From the IMG/VR virus record IMGVR_UViG_3300044645_000674, positions 1-48,667 of that record: a stretch of 48,667 nt of DNA; one strand, given 5' to 3'. Each line of letters starts with the position of its first letter. Position 1 is the first letter of the stretch. Below are positions 9,032 through 20,300 of the stretch, in pieces. The position numbers and the translations under genes are program-made. The notes under the pieces are model-generated. The model worked only from the letters and a program-made list of their open reading frames with translations, was not told the DNA's origin and did not search any database. Source of the DNA: a virus (lineage: Duplodnaviria > Caudoviricetes).

Positions 9032-11341
9032 ATGTTAAGAAAAGTAAGAATAGTTAAGTCTACTCCAAAGGCACGTACCGGGTATCAAGTACAAGGTTCA
9101 CTTGCCAATGATGTTCCTGCATTTGGTGGAGCAGATTATAATGCATATATAGGTGCATCAAAACCTGAGGTGTCTAAGACAATGAAAGCTGTCCCTAGAC
9201 AGATAGCTAACTTAGAAGCGGAAGGTGGAGAGACTGTAGTAGGAAATCTAGATGGTAGTAAGATGCCATCTTTTAAGACTATTGTAGGACCTAGACATAG
9301 CAATGGTGGTGTACCACTATTATTACCTGAAGATAGTTTTATCTTTAGTGATACTAAAGCAATGAAGATTGCTGATCCTAAGATGCTAGACATGTTTGGA
9401 GTAAAGCCTAAGAAAGGTGGTTATACTCCGGCAGAACTATCTAAGAAATATGATATAAATAACTACAGAAAAATCTTACAAGATCCTAACTCTGATAAGA
9501 TTGCTAGAACTACTGCAGAGATCATGATTAAAAATTATGTCATGAAACTTGGTGCACTTGCTCTAGCACAAGAATCTAAGAAAGCATTTCCACAAGGTAT
9601 TCCATTAATTGCAAGACCTTACATGGAAGCAATGGGTTTAAGAGATGAAGATCTAATTCCTGAACTTGCTATGCAGCAAGAACAGCAAATGCCACAACAA
9701 GAGGTAGAAGAAGTAGAAGAAGAGTTTCCACAACAAATGCCTGATGGTCAACCTATTGCGCAACCACAACCAATGCCTCAACAAATGCCAGAACCTGGTA
9801 TGGCACCAATGGCACAATATGGTATGAGTATGGGTGGTTATGATATGCCATTCTATGATATACCAGAAGCAGAATACGGTATGCCAATGGGTACAGGAAT
9901 GTCTCAAAACTATATGGGTAATTCTAGGTTTGCACGTGGTGGAAATCTTCCTATTGCCCAAGATGGTGATGAAACAATTAGTGGTATTACTGCAAAACCT
10001 GTTGAACAATTTTCACAGGGTGAAGGTTGGACAAAAGGTAAAACTGAACAAAGTGGTTACGATGCACAGTATAGAAGAAAACAAGGTGAAGCTGTAAGAT
10101 ATCATAGTGGTTCCAGAATGGGAACTGAAGAATCAGTTGCACAAGGTATTTGTGCTAAAATAAACAAATCAGGTAATGTAGAAGAAGCTATACTACAAGC
10201 TTTTCCAGCATATCTAAAAGGTAAACGACCAGGTATGCCTGGTTATGAAGAAGCTATGAAAGCTGCAGTTGCTAGACTTTCTGCTAATCCACGTTATGCA
10301 GATTGTATAAAAGCTTCTGAAAGAAAATTCCAAGAAGCTGAATATGTAAAAAAAGATGAACCACCACAAGAGGATTGTCCATGTTTAGATAAAGATGGTA
10401 AAGCAATTCCTGGAGTATTTGCAAAAAAAGATAAAGATGGTAACTGTCTAAAAGAAACGTGTGAATCTTCTTGTGAATGTAAGAAAGCAGATGGTACTAC
10501 ATATACTGTAGAAAAAAATCCAGATGGTAGCTGTAAAGACTGTGAAGAAGAAGGAGGAGGCGGTGAAGACATGGATCTTAAAACACAACCAAGAGAAGCA
10601 GAATGGTGGTTACAAGATACAGTAAATGCTGCTGGTGCTTTTGGTGATCTTATGGGTATTAGAAAAAGAATGCCTTGGGAACCAAGAGTGGATCTTGAAG
10701 AACCAAGACCTACATTCTTAGATCCAACTAGAGAACTTGCTGCACAATCAGAGCAAGCTAATATTGCTGCTCAAGCTTCTGCACAATTTGCAGGTCCACA
10801 AGCACTTGGTGCAAGACTTTCTGCTATTCAGGGACAAGGTGCTGCACAAGCTGCAAACACTTTATCTCAAATTAATAACCAGAATGTAAATATTGCAAAT
10901 CAGTTTGAGGGACAACAAGTTGGTATTAGAAACCAAGAGCAGTTGATGAATCAACAACTTGCTAGTAGATTGTATGATAAGAATACAATTGCAGATCAGC
11001 AGTTCCAAAATGCTAAGAGAGCAGGAAGAGCAAACATGGCTCAAGCTTACAATACAGCAGTTACTAATAAATGGAAGACAGATGCATTAAACCAAATGTA
11101 TGAAGACTATCAGGTGGGTCCTGCTTCTGGTGGTAGAGTTGAATTCAGAGGTCAACCAAAAGATGCTGTTGCAACTAAACCAAAAATGACAGTAGAAGAA
11201 TATGTAAAAGCACATCGGGGTGAAGATCCACGTGTACTTGATAGAATGCTACAATTAGAATTTGGTCAAAAGTATGGTGGTGCAACTATGTTCCGTAATG
11301 GAGGCTATACTTATGCAGTATTTCCTTATGGTGATTACTAG
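9032..11341 (+). CDS. Hypothetical virion/cargo protein (769 aa) with a Cys-rich insertion
   Basis: Long ORF. The N-terminal NLEAEGGE...GPRHSNGGVP...FIFSD block resembles, from memory, crAss-like structural proteins. It also has a Q/A-rich helical C-terminal half and a Cys cluster at 10150-10543. Confidence 0.7.
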   Translation: MLRKVRIVKSTPKARTGYQVQGSLANDVPAFGGADYNAYIGASKPEVSKTMKAVPRQIANLEAEGGETVVGNLDGSKMPSFKTIVGPRHSNGGVPLLLPEDSFIFSDTKAMKIADPKMLDMFGVKPKKGGYTPAELSKKYDINNYRKILQDPNSDKIARTTAEIMIKNYVMKLGALALAQESKKAFPQGIPLIARPYMEAMGLRDEDLIPELAMQQEQQMPQQEVEEVEEEFPQQMPDGQPIAQPQPMPQQMPEPGMAPMAQYGMSMGGYDMPFYDIPEAEYGMPMGTGMSQNYMGNSRFARGGNLPIAQDGDETISGITAKPVEQFSQGEGWTKGKTEQSGYDAQYRRKQGEAVRYHSGSRMGTEESVAQGICAKINKSGNVEEAILQAFPAYLKGKRPGMPGYEEAMKAAVARLSANPRYADCIKASERKFQEAEYVKKDEPPQEDCPCLDKDGKAIPGVFAKKDKDGNCLKETCESSCECKKADGTTYTVEKNPDGSCKDCEEEGGGGEDMDLKTQPREAEWWLQDTVNAAGAFGDLMGIRKRMPWEPRVDLEEPRPTFLDPTRELAAQSEQANIAAQASAQFAGPQALGARLSAIQGQGAAQAANTLSQINNQNVNIANQFEGQQVGIRNQEQLMNQQLASRLYDKNTIADQQFQNAKRAGRANMAQAYNTAVTNKWKTDALNQMYEDYQVGPASGGRVEFRGQPKDAVATKPKMTVEEYVKAHRGEDPRVLDRMLQLEFGQKYGGATMFRNGGYTYAVFPYGDY

Positions 11342-11344
11342 CAC

Positions 11345-11396
11345 TAAACTTTTTAAGTTTATTAAACTTAAAAAATTTTGATATTTTTATAATATA
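11345..11396 (+). promoter_or_regulatory. Second copy of the intergenic element TAAACT-N5-AGTTTA with a downstream AT box
   Basis: TAAACT(11345-50) tttta AGTTTA(11356-61), then ATATTTTTATAATATA just upstream of ATG 11408; matches 4563-4615. Confidence 0.45.
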
Positions 11397-11407
11397 AAGA
11401 AATTAAT

Positions 11408-14350
11408 ATGGCAACCTACTTACAGGGAGTTACAGATTTTATACCACAGTTTCAGCCTTTTCAGCCTGACTTTAACTTCTATGGTAATGTTTTACAGACA
11501 AAACAAACTCAGTATGACAATAACTGGAAGGCTCTTAACAACATGTACAGTAAGTACTATTATACAGAACTTACTCGTGATAAAAATATTCAAGCAAGAG
11601 ATGCATTTATCAAAGATGCTCAGTTTAATCTAAAGAGAATATCTCAATTAGATCTTTCTCTTGAACAGAATGTAAGACAGGCTACTCAAATATTTAGACC
11701 ATTCTATGAGAATAAAGATCTTATGAAAGATATGGCCTGGACTAAAACTAAAAACTCTGAGTTAGCTTCTGCTGATAGTTTTAGAACATCACTAGATCCC
11801 GAAATGAATAAGAAGTACTGGGATGTAGGTGTACAAGATATTATGTACAAAACTGAGGAGTTTAAGAATGCAACAGATGAAGAAGCACTTACATTTGATA
11901 ATGTAAAGTATACACCCAATGTAGATATTATGGGTAGAGCTCAAGAGATTGCAAAAGAGTTTGGTGATGTACAATCTGTTACAATCAGTAATAACAATAG
12001 ATGGGTTATTAAAACCAGAAATGGTGAACAACTAGAAGAACCTTTACAAAAGTTATTTGAGGCTAGACTAGGTAGTGATCCAACTATACAAGCATATTTT
12101 AAAACACAAGCATATGTAGATAGAAAGAACTATGCTGAAGTAAATGCTGCACAGTTTAATGGGGATAAGAATGCTGCTGAGATGAAATACCTTCAAGATA
12201 AATTTAATATCATGAAAGTACAGAATCAAGCTGCATATAAACAGCTACAAGAACAAAAGGTAGTCTATGATAATAAGATAAAAGATATCAAAGCTCAGAT
12301 TGATGCTGGTAATAAAGATCCAAGATTACAAAAGCAACTTGATCAGTATGTAATGAATCAAGAAATTAATGATCAGGTTCTTGAAAGAGCTAGAAAAGAA
12401 AATGATCTAATGAATACTAACCAAGGTACTGATGCTAATAATCCTTATGGAGATCTTAGATCATTTAGATACAAGGTAGATTCTGGTGTAGCTGCATCCT
12501 TAATGGGTAAAAAACTTGGTGAAGCAGCGCATGTATATGCTTATAGAAATTACTTACAAGATATGGATGCAAATCCTTATCAAGTAAATAATGAAAAGCA
12601 TGCAATGGACATGGCTTTAATGAATCAGAGATATAAGAATGAAGCAGCTCTTGCTGAATATAAGGCTTCATTAAAAGAAAAACTTGATGATAGAAAGTAT
12701 AAACTTGAGGCTGGTACACATTACTTAAATGAGAAAGGTGAGCTAGTAGAAAAATTTGATCAGGCCCATTTCTTTACAGAACTTCTTGATGCTGGTACTG
12801 CAACTGAAAAAACAAACCTAAGAGCAGAAGCTGAAGCAGTACAGCAAAGATATACACAGAACTTTGCTGTACCTTATTTTAATACAATGATGAGAGTGTT
12901 AACTGAAGCAACTGATCCAAGTACTGGAACTAAGTTGACTCAGAAACAAATTAACTATATCATCAACGGTAATGAAAATAAATATGCTGATCTAAATAAA
13001 TGGGCAAAACAAATCCAAACAAATCCTAATTCATTCTTAACAGATAGAGTTGGTACTGAATGGATGAAAGCTATTAATACTAGATTTAACACATTTGTTC
13101 AAGAAAATTCTGAGCTGAGTAGTATTAAGAACAAACAAACTGATCTAGTCAATTCATCAACTAAATTTAATGATTACTTACTGTTCTTAGGAGAGAGTAA
13201 GAAATTTGAAAAAAATCTAACTACTGGAGTAGAAAAAGAACTAAAAAAACAAGGATATAGAGGAGCAGAATTTTTGTATGATGATAACGGTAATAGAAGA
13301 ACTGAAGCTGAATACTATAGACTTGTTCAACAAAAGTTTGGTAAAACCTGGGAAAAAGGAGAACAAACCGGAAGCACTGGTGCCACCGGAAGCTTAGGAT
13401 CTCAAGGAGGAAGTGCTTTATTTGCATATTATTCTGGAAGAAAAGAAGGATTGGATAAAGTACAAATACCAAAAGAATATAGTTATGGTGCTATGATTTC
13501 TGCTGCATCTAAAATTGTAGGTGATGGTAAACTAGTCTCAAACATAACTGGTAGACAAACTGTACCGGGACTTGAAAAAATATCTGATGGTACAGGTACA
13601 TTTGGTAAGGCACAATTTACTGTAGTCAATCCAAAAAGTACATGGGGTCAGTATCACTATGGTCAAGTACTAAGAGATATTAGAAATCAAGATCTTGGTG
13701 CTAGTGGTGTAACATTGAGTGTTGGAGGTATTGATCAAACTGGTGCAAAGAATAAGATATCTGATGAAACTACAAGAGCAATCTTAGCTGAGTTACAAAG
13801 ATCAATGGATGCAGCACCTAAAGGGTTTAACTTTAGACTTGGAACAGCACCTATTGCACTAAATAATGCTGGCAAATCTGCATATATCTTTCAGTTACCT
13901 ACGGAGTTGGTTGCAAAACTTACTGGTAAACTCAATGATGATGGTCAATTAACAGGTGGTTTACTCACACCTGGGCAGGCTACAGCACTACAAAAGAATG
14001 GTCTATCTATTATTATGGATAGAAAAGCATTTAATAGTGATATGTACAATAGTATGTTTATTGACCCGCTTGCAGCATATATTGATAGAGATAACCCATA
14101 CAAATGGGTAGACCCTGTAGATAGTAGATACAATATAGAAATAACTCAATCAGCTATAGGTGGTGAAGGTAGTTATCAAATGGACTATAACTTCCCTGTC
14201 TTTGATCAAGAAACTAATCAATGGAAGCAAGTTGGTTTTACTACTATTGCAGATAATGCAAAACAAAATTTAAGTGAACTTAGGGATAAAACTATAAATG
14301 GGTTTAACCAAACAAAACAAGTAAATAATCAACTAGTAAATGGCTACTGA
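11408..14350 (+). CDS. Hypothetical virion cargo/ejection protein (980 aa), largely coiled-coil
   Basis: Long ORF, no Cys seen, helical N-terminal half; overlaps the next gene by 11 nt; position in the cargo cluster. Confidence 0.7.
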   Translation: MATYLQGVTDFIPQFQPFQPDFNFYGNVLQTKQTQYDNNWKALNNMYSKYYYTELTRDKNIQARDAFIKDAQFNLKRISQLDLSLEQNVRQATQIFRPFYENKDLMKDMAWTKTKNSELASADSFRTSLDPEMNKKYWDVGVQDIMYKTEEFKNATDEEALTFDNVKYTPNVDIMGRAQEIAKEFGDVQSVTISNNNRWVIKTRNGEQLEEPLQKLFEARLGSDPTIQAYFKTQAYVDRKNYAEVNAAQFNGDKNAAEMKYLQDKFNIMKVQNQAAYKQLQEQKVVYDNKIKDIKAQIDAGNKDPRLQKQLDQYVMNQEINDQVLERARKENDLMNTNQGTDANNPYGDLRSFRYKVDSGVAASLMGKKLGEAAHVYAYRNYLQDMDANPYQVNNEKHAMDMALMNQRYKNEAALAEYKASLKEKLDDRKYKLEAGTHYLNEKGELVEKFDQAHFFTELLDAGTATEKTNLRAEAEAVQQRYTQNFAVPYFNTMMRVLTEATDPSTGTKLTQKQINYIINGNENKYADLNKWAKQIQTNPNSFLTDRVGTEWMKAINTRFNTFVQENSELSSIKNKQTDLVNSSTKFNDYLLFLGESKKFEKNLTTGVEKELKKQGYRGAEFLYDDNGNRRTEAEYYRLVQQKFGKTWEKGEQTGSTGATGSLGSQGGSALFAYYSGRKEGLDKVQIPKEYSYGAMISAASKIVGDGKLVSNITGRQTVPGLEKISDGTGTFGKAQFTVVNPKSTWGQYHYGQVLRDIRNQDLGASGVTLSVGGIDQTGAKNKISDETTRAILAELQRSMDAAPKGFNFRLGTAPIALNNAGKSAYIFQLPTELVAKLTGKLNDDGQLTGGLLTPGQATALQKNGLSIIMDRKAFNSDMYNSMFIDPLAAYIDRDNPYKWVDPVDSRYNIEITQSAIGGEGSYQMDYNFPVFDQETNQWKQVGFTTIADNAKQNLSELRDKTINGFNQTKQVNNQLVNGY

Positions 14351-17300
14351 AAATAATACTGAAGGGTTTAGCTCTTTAGATCCTCTAGGTCCAAGTTATG
14401 GAGATTTAAACCTTCCAAACACTCCACAGGCTATGCTTCCTTTTGAGGGAGACAGAATAAAAATGCCTGAGATAAATTTTCCTGGCCCAAATTCTTTTAC
14501 TCCTGTTATACCTCAGTTTGATGGATTAAACCAAGAGCAACTTAATGTAAAGAGAAATGTTGTTGGTAATTCTCCTCAAAAACCAGGAACACCAAAAGGT
14601 ACATCTACAAAAGATATCATTGCAGGTATTGGAGATTATATTCATAGCTCTATTAAAGCAAGCCAAGATCAGAACACATATTCAAGAATTTACCAATATG
14701 ATTCAGGATCTAAGGGTAGTGCATATTATAAAAGATACGCTGCATATGGTCAGGAAACATTTGATAAAATTGGTTTCACACCATTAAGAGATAATGAAGC
14801 TAGTTTTAATGCTGGTACTACAGGTTGGGATGACTTCCAAAGAATGCTAAACTATTCTTTTCTACCACTAGTTGGTATGGGTCTTACAGCAGGGCCGAAG
14901 AGTTTAATGAAGGCACTCCAGGGAGATTTCTCTGGAGATACAGAAGAAGCTAGAGCCTATGAAGAAGCAACTGGAATAGGTTATTCTTCTAAGGGTGGTG
15001 TAGGATCATTTTTCAATAATGCCCTAATGAACTTTGGTTATACTGCAGGTATTATTGGTGAAGTAATGGCTGAAGAACTTGTACTTGGAGCTTTAACTTC
15101 TGTATCTGGTGGTCTTACAGGATCAGTAGCAGCAGGTAGAACTGCAGCCAACCTCTCAAGAATTGGTAAAGGTTTCTCTCAAGCATTCTATATGGACAGA
15201 GCAGCTAATGTTCTTAGTAAAGGTATAGCAAGTTTAAAGAGTACTCAAGCTGCAAGAAGCTTTTGGAAAGCTGCAAATACTCCTATGGGTAGATTCTTTA
15301 ATCCACTTACTAACACATTTGAAGCTGTCAATAATGTATCTAAGATAAGTAAGTTTGATAACCTAACAGGTCTAGCAAAACTATCTAAAACTGCTGGGGG
15401 ATTCTATGCAGATGTAAGGAATCTTAATGCTGCACTATCAGAAGGTAGACTTGAAGGTGGTCTTGTAGAGAATAATGTATATGATAGACTCTACAATGAA
15501 TACTATGAAAAGAATGGTAAAGCTCCAACAGATCAAGAAGATTATGACATGCGCAAGACAGCCAAGGAGGCTTCCATAGAAACTATTAAGTGGAACACCG
15601 GGCTAGTTTACTTTTCAAATAACTTAACCTTTGGAAATATTCTAAAACCAAAAGGTGGTATGGGTAGGCTTATGCAAGGTAAGACTGAAGAGTTAATGCG
15701 CACAGCAGAAGGAAGAGTTGTAGCTGAGTCAACTAAAATTGCAGGAGGTAAAGCTATTCAGGTTGAGGCTAAGTATATACAGAACAGTTTTAAAGAAAGT
15801 TGGAAAGCATTTAAAGAAGCTCCTATACGTAAAATAGCAGGTGCAGCAACTACTTATACTAAAGCAAACTTTGTAGAAGGTCTTCAAGAGAATGCTCAAG
15901 AGACAATTGCTCAAGCAACTGAGAACTTGTATGTAGATCAATTTAAGAGTCAGGGTGTAAGAAGTCATCTATTTGCTAGAGCTGCAGAAACTGAAGGTAT
16001 GAGAAGTAAGTTTTCATACTATTCTGAAGCATGGGGGGAACAAAATCCATTTACAGAAAAAGGTTTTGAAACTTTTGCTACTGGATTTGTCATGGGTATT
16101 TTTGGTGGTGGTTTAAATATGGTACCTGGATTTGTATCTAAGAGTTACAACAAAATATTTAAACCAGCAGAATATCAGAAAACTTTAGACAAGAGAAATG
16201 GATATGGTGAAAGACTTGCTGCTCAATTAAATGGTAACCTATTTAAAGATCCTATAAAAGTATTTGATCAGAAACTTCTTAATCTTGCAATTCAGGAAAA
16301 TGCTGGTAAAGTAATGGCAACAGGTTCTAGAATGCTTGCTATTGATGCTTCTAATGATGCATTTACATCTGCTGTTATAACAGCAATGACTACTAATTCA
16401 ATTGAAGCATTTAAAGAACAAATTGCTTCATATAAAAATCTTACTGCAACAGAATTTGAAGATGCTTTCAAACTTGAAAAGGGTAAAGGTGAAAAATATC
16501 TAAGTAAAGTTGATTCTGTTCTACAAAGAATAGATGAGATACAAGCAGATTATGAGGAAAACATGGATAGGTATCCAGATCCAATTGATCTTGAGGGATA
16601 TAAAAAAGGAACCGAAGCTTATAATAAAGCTGCTATTTTATTATCCGGATGGAGAGCATCTAGAAATAGTGCTATCTTCTTAGGTCAATCTTATAAAGAT
16701 GCTAAGAAAAGAATAGAATCAATGGCATCTACAGTTAGATCCCGAAAACCATTGTCTAAGATGAGTGATGCAGAAGTAATGGTTCTGTTTGATTCAGATA
16801 GACTTGTTTCTGAAATCGGTATGCTTAAGACAGAAATTGAATCTAGTAAGGGTTTAATATCTGCAGCAGAGTTAAAGAAAAAAGAAAGAATTCTTGCAGC
16901 TATGCAAGATCTCCAAGATAAAGTAGATTACTTCTATAAATATGATAATGCTGAATTAGAGGCTCATGTTGCAGGTCAAAAAGAAAAAGGTGTATTTAAA
17001 AATGTAACAGATGATGCTGGTAATATTCTAGATGAAGAAGAAGCAGAAGAAAGATATAGAGATCTTGTACGTAAGAAATTTAATCTAAAAGAAAAAACAG
17101 AAGAGAATACTACAAGAGCTGAAGCTGATCTGGAGCTTGCATATAAAGAATATTTAAAAGCACTTGCAGATGTAAAAAAGGATGACTACCTAGAAAGAAA
17201 TGCAGATGAAGCATTTCGGTATGTTCTAGATAGTTATAAGTTAGGTAGACAGGCATCAATTCTAAACAAGCATATTAATCTCCTTCATAATCCAAAAGAA

Positions 17301-20300
17301 TTTATGGATCAAGTTGAGAGAAACTATGCATGGATGACAAAACTATATAATAATAGAAGAGAATACTATGATGCACTTGTAAAACAAGAATTAGAAGATA
17401 TAGAACTTAATGCTCTTCTTAATGAACTAGCTAACAATAATGTTTATGTTAGTGCTGATGATATCTATGAGTTCCGTAGAAACAATAGAATTCCAGATGA
17501 ATTCTATGATGACAGTAGAAAAGCCGTTATTAGAAAGGGTAACTTAGAATATGATAAGTACGTAGCTCTGTTTATGCAAGCTGTAAAACTAAAAAGTTTA
17601 GATCCTAAGTCCAAAAAGAACATTGATGATAGATTAGTGTTAGAACTTGCTCAATTATCTATAGAAGAACAACAAGAACTAGATGCTCTTCCACAAGTAG
17701 AAAGAAGAAAAGAAAAAGGTGATCTTGATAGACGTGGAAAACAAACAGTAAAACTATCCGAAGTTGTTGATCAATTACAAGATGGAGATACACTTTCAGC
17801 ATTCTATCTGGTAGATGGTCAACCTAATGAGATCATGCTATATAGAGATGGTGATGTAATTAAGTTTGAAGGTAAAGATGGTCAAGAAGTAGATGTAGCA
17901 GAACTATCATATGATATTGTAGATGGTAAAATCTTTACAATGGAAAGTGTTCCTGCAGATGAATTAGAAGCTAAGAAGATTAGAAACAAGTTTGCTCTAA
18001 AGAGAGAAGAAGCTATCCGTAAAGCAATTGCTGATACAGAAGCTACTCCACAAGTTGTATCAGAAGAGTTCGTACCATTTACTACAATGACTCCACTTGA
18101 TCAATTTGATAGAGAACTCTACACAGACTTACAGGTTGCATTTAATGATTACATTATCAATACTAAAAATAAAGATGGTGTAACACTAGCTGAGGAATAT
18201 GAGGGTATAACTGATGAAGAGCTACTTAAAAAGTTTGAAAAATTTATTCAAGAGCAACCAGAAGCTAAAGAAGTAATTGAAGCATATAATGCAGAAATGA
18301 AAGCTAGAAAGCTTGAGGAGAAAGCTGTAAATATTGACCCACCAATCATTGTATACAATGGTAAAGAAGTTGACATGGCAACAGTTAACTTTGAAGATGC
18401 CAAAAAAATATTGGCAGATTTAGAGGCTCAGTATGCTGCTAAGAAAAAAGATGATCTTTCTAATGATGAAAAAGAAGAACTCTTATTTGATGAACTAAAC
18501 ATTGCAAAACTAAAGAGATTTATTACTGATACAGAAGCTCTTAATAGAGAAGATGATGCTGCTGAAAAGCCTTATTCTACTGAAATGGAACAACTTGCTG
18601 CTGAAACTGCAAAACGTAGACAACTAGCAGAACAAGCACTTCAGAGAAGAATAAATCTTGTTGAAGAAAAAAGAGCACTAATTGAAAAAGAAGAGGCTGA
18701 AATTAGAGATACTCTTGAATACCTACAACAACTTCTTGACAATACTGTAGAATTAAGTGGTGTACAAATTGAAGACATACTAAACAAAATCACACAACTT
18801 GAAAAGACTAACTTCCAATTAATAAAATCTAATAGTCAGAAGAAACTTGCTGCTAAAATAAGAGAAAGAATTAATGCTTATAAGGGTCAGGTTAGAAGAG
18901 AATTTGCAATAGCAAATGAAATCCAGAACCAAATAAATATCTATAAAGCAGAGATAGAAAAAATTCTTATTCCAATTAAAAAGGATCTTAAAAAACAAGC
19001 TGACTACTATAGAAATCTACTTGCTGATCCTAACTTTGATCTCTTTACTAAGACTGATATCCGCAACAAGATACGCAAGATTGAGAAAAAAATAGGCACT
19101 ATCCAAAGACTTATTGATATTCTAAGAAAAGCTATTGCTAATTCTTTAGAGTACCTTAGAGAGTACTTAAAAATCTGGCAAACACATGATAGAGCTTTAA
19201 GTAAATTCAAGAACTCAGGATACAAAGAACTTTCTGATTACACACTAACACAGTTAAGAGGTACTAATGATCCTAGACTTGATGAGTATGCACAAAATAA
19301 AGCTGAACTCCAGAGACTTGAAAGAGAAATAAATCAAGCTATGGATGATGTAGAATTTATTGATGCTGTAAGAGAACAAGAGATTGATAGAATGATGCAA
19401 CTTGAAGCAGCTATTCAAAAGTACCAGGACCAGGTGAGATACTTGTATGACTTACTTGAACCAGTTGCTGAGGATATTGTTGAAGAACCTTTGAGTAATG
19501 AGGGTATAAATACTCCAGCACCTACTGAAGTAAGAGCTAAGACTGTTGAAGAAATATTTGAAGAAGAAGAAGAGAAGAACATTGTATCAACATTCTCTCT
19601 TGCTGATATTGCTGATTTAGATCAGGCACTAAGTGAAAAAGTTGCTAGACCTCTAACTCCACAAGAACAAAAACTTGATGCTGTAAGAAGTATAATCCGA
19701 GAAGTACTTGGTAATGCTTCATTTATTAAACTTACTGAAGATGGAACTAAGTATGTAAATACTAGAACCGGTAAAGAATACCAAAGAGTTACAAGCTATA
19801 CTAAAGAAGATGACATAAAAGATCCTAAGTTGGCTACTGAATCTATGCAGGAATACAAAAAGAGACTGACAGACCTTGGTTACTCAGAAAAAGATGTCAA
19901 TCAAAAAATGCTTCTTGCTTCATCACAGATTATAGGTACTGATATTGATGAGTACATCAGAGACTTCTTCTCAGGTAAGCTCAAAGAATCTAGTAAGTAT
20001 ACATTTGCTCCAGTAGAAGAGATTGAAAAACTTAAGAAAAAACTTCAAGAAATTAAGGATAGACTTGATGCCAGAGGAGAAATAGTACTAGCTAATAATG
20101 TTGTTCTGTACAATGATGATCTGGGTATTGCAGGTACTGTAGACTTATTAACATTTGATGTAAATGGTGATGTAAGAATCTATGATATCAAGACTATGCG
20201 TGGTAACAACTTTGCAGAAACACATGCCGGTGAAAACATAGTTAAGTATGAGTCTAAGAAATTTGGTAAGTCTAAACGCGAACAACATACAGAACAGCTA

